DNA of 64,000 nucleotides, taken from positions 862,027 to 926,026 of the forward strand of contig JAWQFM010000024.1 of assembly GCA_033442325.1 (NCBI GenBank), in the 5' to 3' direction. The notes under the pieces are model-generated. The model was not told the origin of the DNA. It saw nothing but the letters and a program-made list of their open reading frames with translations, and made no database searches. Source of the stretch: Salpingoeca rosetta (lineage: Eukaryota; Protista; Choanoflagellata). Shown here one piece after another: positions 60,058-64,000 of the stretch. Position numbers and translations under genes: made by a program. Position 1 is the first letter of the stretch. Every line of letters begins with the position of its first letter.

Positions 60058-60956
60058 TGCTCATACGAAGACGAAGAGGGAACACGAATGTACAAGACAA
60101 CGTGCAGGTGCAAGCCTGGTGACGACAAACCTTGATAAACTTCTCCGCCTGTGCGGTCTTGATCGCCGTTCGCTTGTTGTTCATTTCCTACATCAAGCAC
60201 AGCGCATGAACATGTGAGCCGGCATGTTGACACGGACACACGGTAACAATCGTAACAACATGCCATCTGCCTCTTATACGCACTGGAATGTGCGCGTGTG
60301 TGCGTGTGTGCGGTTGTGCGGTTGTGCGGTTGTGTGTGCATGTGTGTGCATGTGTTTTACGTGGTAGTCGACGAGGCCGTCGTTGTCTTCGTCGAGGGAA
60401 TCGAGCAGGAACTGGATCTGCGCTTCATCCAACTGAACGCCAATCACCTGAAGACACAATCGGACAGCACCGAGAACACGATGGCACACCAGTTACGCAT
60501 GAGCACGACACATAACACTCTTACAGTTATGCATTGAGATCATGCTTGCAAGGACGCTTGGACGGGCACTTTCAGCATGCACAGTAGGCGTATATCGACG
60601 CATGCATGCACGTGGCAGCGACACACCTTCACGCCTTGGATAAACTCTTCGCGCGTGATGTTGCCGTCGTTGTTCTTGTCAAAGCGCTTGAACAGATCAA
60701 TCAGACGCAACTGCACACACACACACACACATACGCAGGTGGATGGACAGGTGTGTGAGCGCAGTGTGAACGTGCATATTGCGCAGAGCACAAGTGTGTG
60801 TGTGTGTGTGTGCACTGACGTTGTGGCGTTCGAGATATTCTTCAAAGATGAACCAGGGATCTGTACTCGTCTTCACTTGGTGACAGCGACCTGCAAACAA
60901 GTTAGGAATGCCAGAAACGTCACATGTATGAGGGGGATGTACACATGCGCAAATGT

Positions 60957-60999
<43 letters not shown>

Positions 61000-61556
61000 G
61001 GTGTGTGTGTGTGTGTGTGTGTGTGTACAAGGTGTGTTGGGACCAGAAGTACAACATCCCCAAGCATGTAGGTGAAGGATGGGTGACTTCTGGTGAAGCC
61101 TTCACCACCAAACAAGACAAGACACGCACCCTCATCCACGGTGACGGAGAGGTTTGGACGCTTTCCGCTCGCAACGTCGCTTTCAAACACACGCTCGACC
61201 TGACACACACGCACAAAAGTATGGTCATGAATGAGATCAGTGGTGGAAGGCTGTAGCCTCACACGCCGTGTGCATGTGTGTGTGTGCGCTTGCTTGTGTG
61301 TATGTGTGTGTGTGTGTGCGCGCGCTTGCTTGTGTGTATGTGTGTGTGTATCCGACGGTTACTGCGACACGACGATGACTAGTGCAAGACCACCAGCCCA
61401 CCTTGTCCTCGGCGGCCTTGACGGCTTTTTGTGCCGCTTCGATGTCGCGTTTGATGGCATCAGCGCCCTCGGCCGCTGTCCGCTGCACGTGTTCACATGC
61501 AGAGAGAGAGAGAGAGAGTGTGTGTGTGTGTGTGGTGGTGGTAATGATGATGATGT

Positions 61557-61597
<41 letters not shown>

Positions 61598-61610
61598 GTG
61601 ATGATGATGG

Positions 61611-61651
<41 letters not shown>

Positions 61652-61664
61652 GTGATGATGATGG

Positions 61665-61717
<53 letters not shown>

Positions 61718-61718
61718 T

Positions 61719-61794
<76 letters not shown>

Positions 61795-62051
61795 GGTGGT
61801 GGTGGTGGTCATGATGATGGTGGAGGTGGTGATGGTAGTGCATTCAAGCAAGAGCAGCGGTAGCAACCATCACATACACGCCCGCACATACGCGCACGAC
61901 CGTACCGTGATGACGGCCTGTGTCCGGGAGAGCTGTGCAATGTGTGTGACGAGGTCCTCATGGTGGCTCGAGGAAGACATGGCGTAATCTGAACGCAATA
62001 CCACACATGACGGCATGTGAGTTGCAAGTTGATGGCCAGTGTCATGCTCAT

Positions 62052-62113
<62 letters not shown>

Positions 62114-62332
62114 CCATACACACACACACACACAACCATACACACACACAACCATACACAGGCACCCTGCCCGCCCAAATTTTCAGCTGGGTTCTGGCTG
62201 CACCTTTGAGGGCCTTCTGTGCGGCCTCCGTGATTGCGTGCATGTCCTTGTCGTTCTTCATTGCCGCCTTCAACGCAGCGTTGCATGCAATGTCGAAAAT
62301 AGCAAGGTCATCTGCCATGTGCATGCACATTG

Positions 62333-62404
<72 letters not shown>

Positions 62405-62874
62405 TCGCAAAAAAAAAAGAGAACAGCACGCACGCGCGCTCTCTATGGAAGGAGGAGCACTGGACGGACGGTATACATGAATTCTCCTTAACCGGGTGTG
62501 GGGGGCAGGGGTGGAGGGAGCAGACAGGGGGGGACGGGATGCGAGCACAACCTGTTATTCGTTTGAGTGGGGGGGCCATCCAAACAGAAGGGCTATTGCT
62601 GTGTGGGGGAGAGGAGGGGTCGAACGCATTAAAGTTATTATTTATGGGCGAACTAGGAGAGGGGGGTGGTTGGTGGACGATGGCATAAGTCGGCAGATGG
62701 TGGTCGTGGAAAAAATTGGACCAACAAGACGGGAGGCGACGCGGCGGCNNNNNNNNNNNNNNNNNNNNNNNNNNNNNNNNNNNNNNNNNNNNNNNNNNNN
62801 NNNNNNNNNNNNNNNNNNNNNNNNNNNNNNNNNNNNNNNNNNNNNNNNGTCGGGGAGAGTGGGCAAATGAGTGT

Positions 62875-62917
<43 letters not shown>

Positions 62918-62954
62918 TTTCTCAAAGTGAGTCACGGCCGCCGCAAATACAGAA

Positions 62955-63012
<58 letters not shown>

Positions 63013-63870
63013 CTCAAGCACCAACAGCACCATCCATTCCCCATGCCAGCCATCTCAGTCATCGCCACCTCCGACCCCTCCTCCCCATGTCGCCTGCTGC
63101 GTGGGGTGCGCACACCATACCGTATTCTGGCGGGACGTGGTTTGCAGAGGTGTCTTCATCGCCGCTGCCGTCGGCCGTGTGCAGGGCCATTGACGTGCGA
63201 CGTGCAGTCTGAACCGCTTTGATGCTGAAACACACACACACACACACATATGGATGAAGAAAAGCAGGGCAAGCGTGGTCATGGGTATTGACACGCGTGA
63301 GCGCATGAGCTGTTTGAAATATTGCACGAATATCAACAAAAGCGAAAGCACACACACTTTGACTGCAGAGCAAGACACTGTACACACACACACACACAAT
63401 GAATATACAGACTCACAATGAACACACAGACTCACAATGCACACACAGACACACACCCAAACACACAAGCACACACGCCTCACTTGTCCTTGGGGTGTCG
63501 GGCGCGCACACGAGTGTACGATTCAAGACACGCGGCGAAACGAGGGCCGCCCACGCTGTCAATCAGCTGATGGTACACGGGAGCAAGAAGACGGTAAAGG
63601 GAGTTGATGGTGGCAGGGAAATGGCGATGACCATGAGGTGAGGATGCAATGTGTCCAAGCCATTGGCAGATGCAACACACACACACACACACATATGCAC
63701 ACACGCACACACAAATTCACACATGCACACACGCGCGCAACCCACCGCTTGCCCCTCTGCGAAGAGGAGGTTGAGTTTTCGTTCGTCAATTGGTTCACCG
63801 CTGCGCATGTGCGGATCCAACTTTTGCTCAACAAATTCTGTGATGAGATCGCGCGCATATGTGCCGTCAT
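59634..63870 (-). CDS. EF-hand-pair-containing protein, 5' end probably outside window
   Basis: Exons [14 protein letters not shown]|[28 protein letters not shown]|[29 protein letters not shown]|EM give two canonical EF loops. Upstream exons are helical. The last exon ends ...NDDSDDD*. Linkage of exons across the 62749-62848 gap is inferred. Confidence 0.7.
61534..61835. repeat. Long degenerate (GAT/GGT)n array, intronic
   Basis: Direct inspection. Confidence 0.95.
62749..62848. other. Assembly gap (100 N)
   Basis: N run. Confidence 1.
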
Positions 63871-64000
63871 CTGCACACGCAGCACAGGCACACGCACAGA
63901 GTGAACAGTGGTTGAGGGTGAGTGGCGTGAATGTTCACAAATGAGCACCCTTTAGCTCTCGGTTGCACAAATACAACATGTACGTATTCGCAGCCACACT

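Noticed and set aside
62440-62748. Compositionally odd G-rich stretch
   Set aside because: Contig end next to a gap; probably low-quality single-read sequence.

Overview
Eukaryotic, intron-dense, GC-rich draft sequence with five 100-N gaps and (CA/GT)n, (AAC)n and (GAT)n microsatellites in most introns. Gene content and intron style suggest a unicellular holozoan, probably a Salpingoeca-like choanoflagellate (inference). I built spliced models by hand for 13 protein-coding genes: Sesquipedalian/PHETA-like PH protein (-), SAM + actin-fragmin-kinase-like protein (-), nucleophosmin-like protein (+), PH-catalase fusion (+), unconventional myosin (-), NEK9-like kinase (+), SURF1 (-), UCHL5 with a missing catalytic middle (+), CCDC87 (-), C-terminal SH2 adaptor (+), neurochondrin (-), ABCE1 (+) and a 5'-incomplete EF-hand protein (-). 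All family calls come from remembered motifs, not database searches. The standout is a eukaryotic PH domain fused in frame to a complete, intronless, bacterial-looking clade 3 heme catalase, a candidate membrane-targeted H2O2 sink built from a horizontally acquired enzyme. Other notable signals are (GT)n-at-donor/(CA)n-at-acceptor intron polarity, an ABCE1 start codon split by an intron (unspliced ATG-TGA), a duplicated splice acceptor in the NEK gene, an out-of-order catalytic segment in the AFK-like kinase, and five short head-to-head gene pairs. Most ORFs in the supplied track are microsatellite read-throughs.
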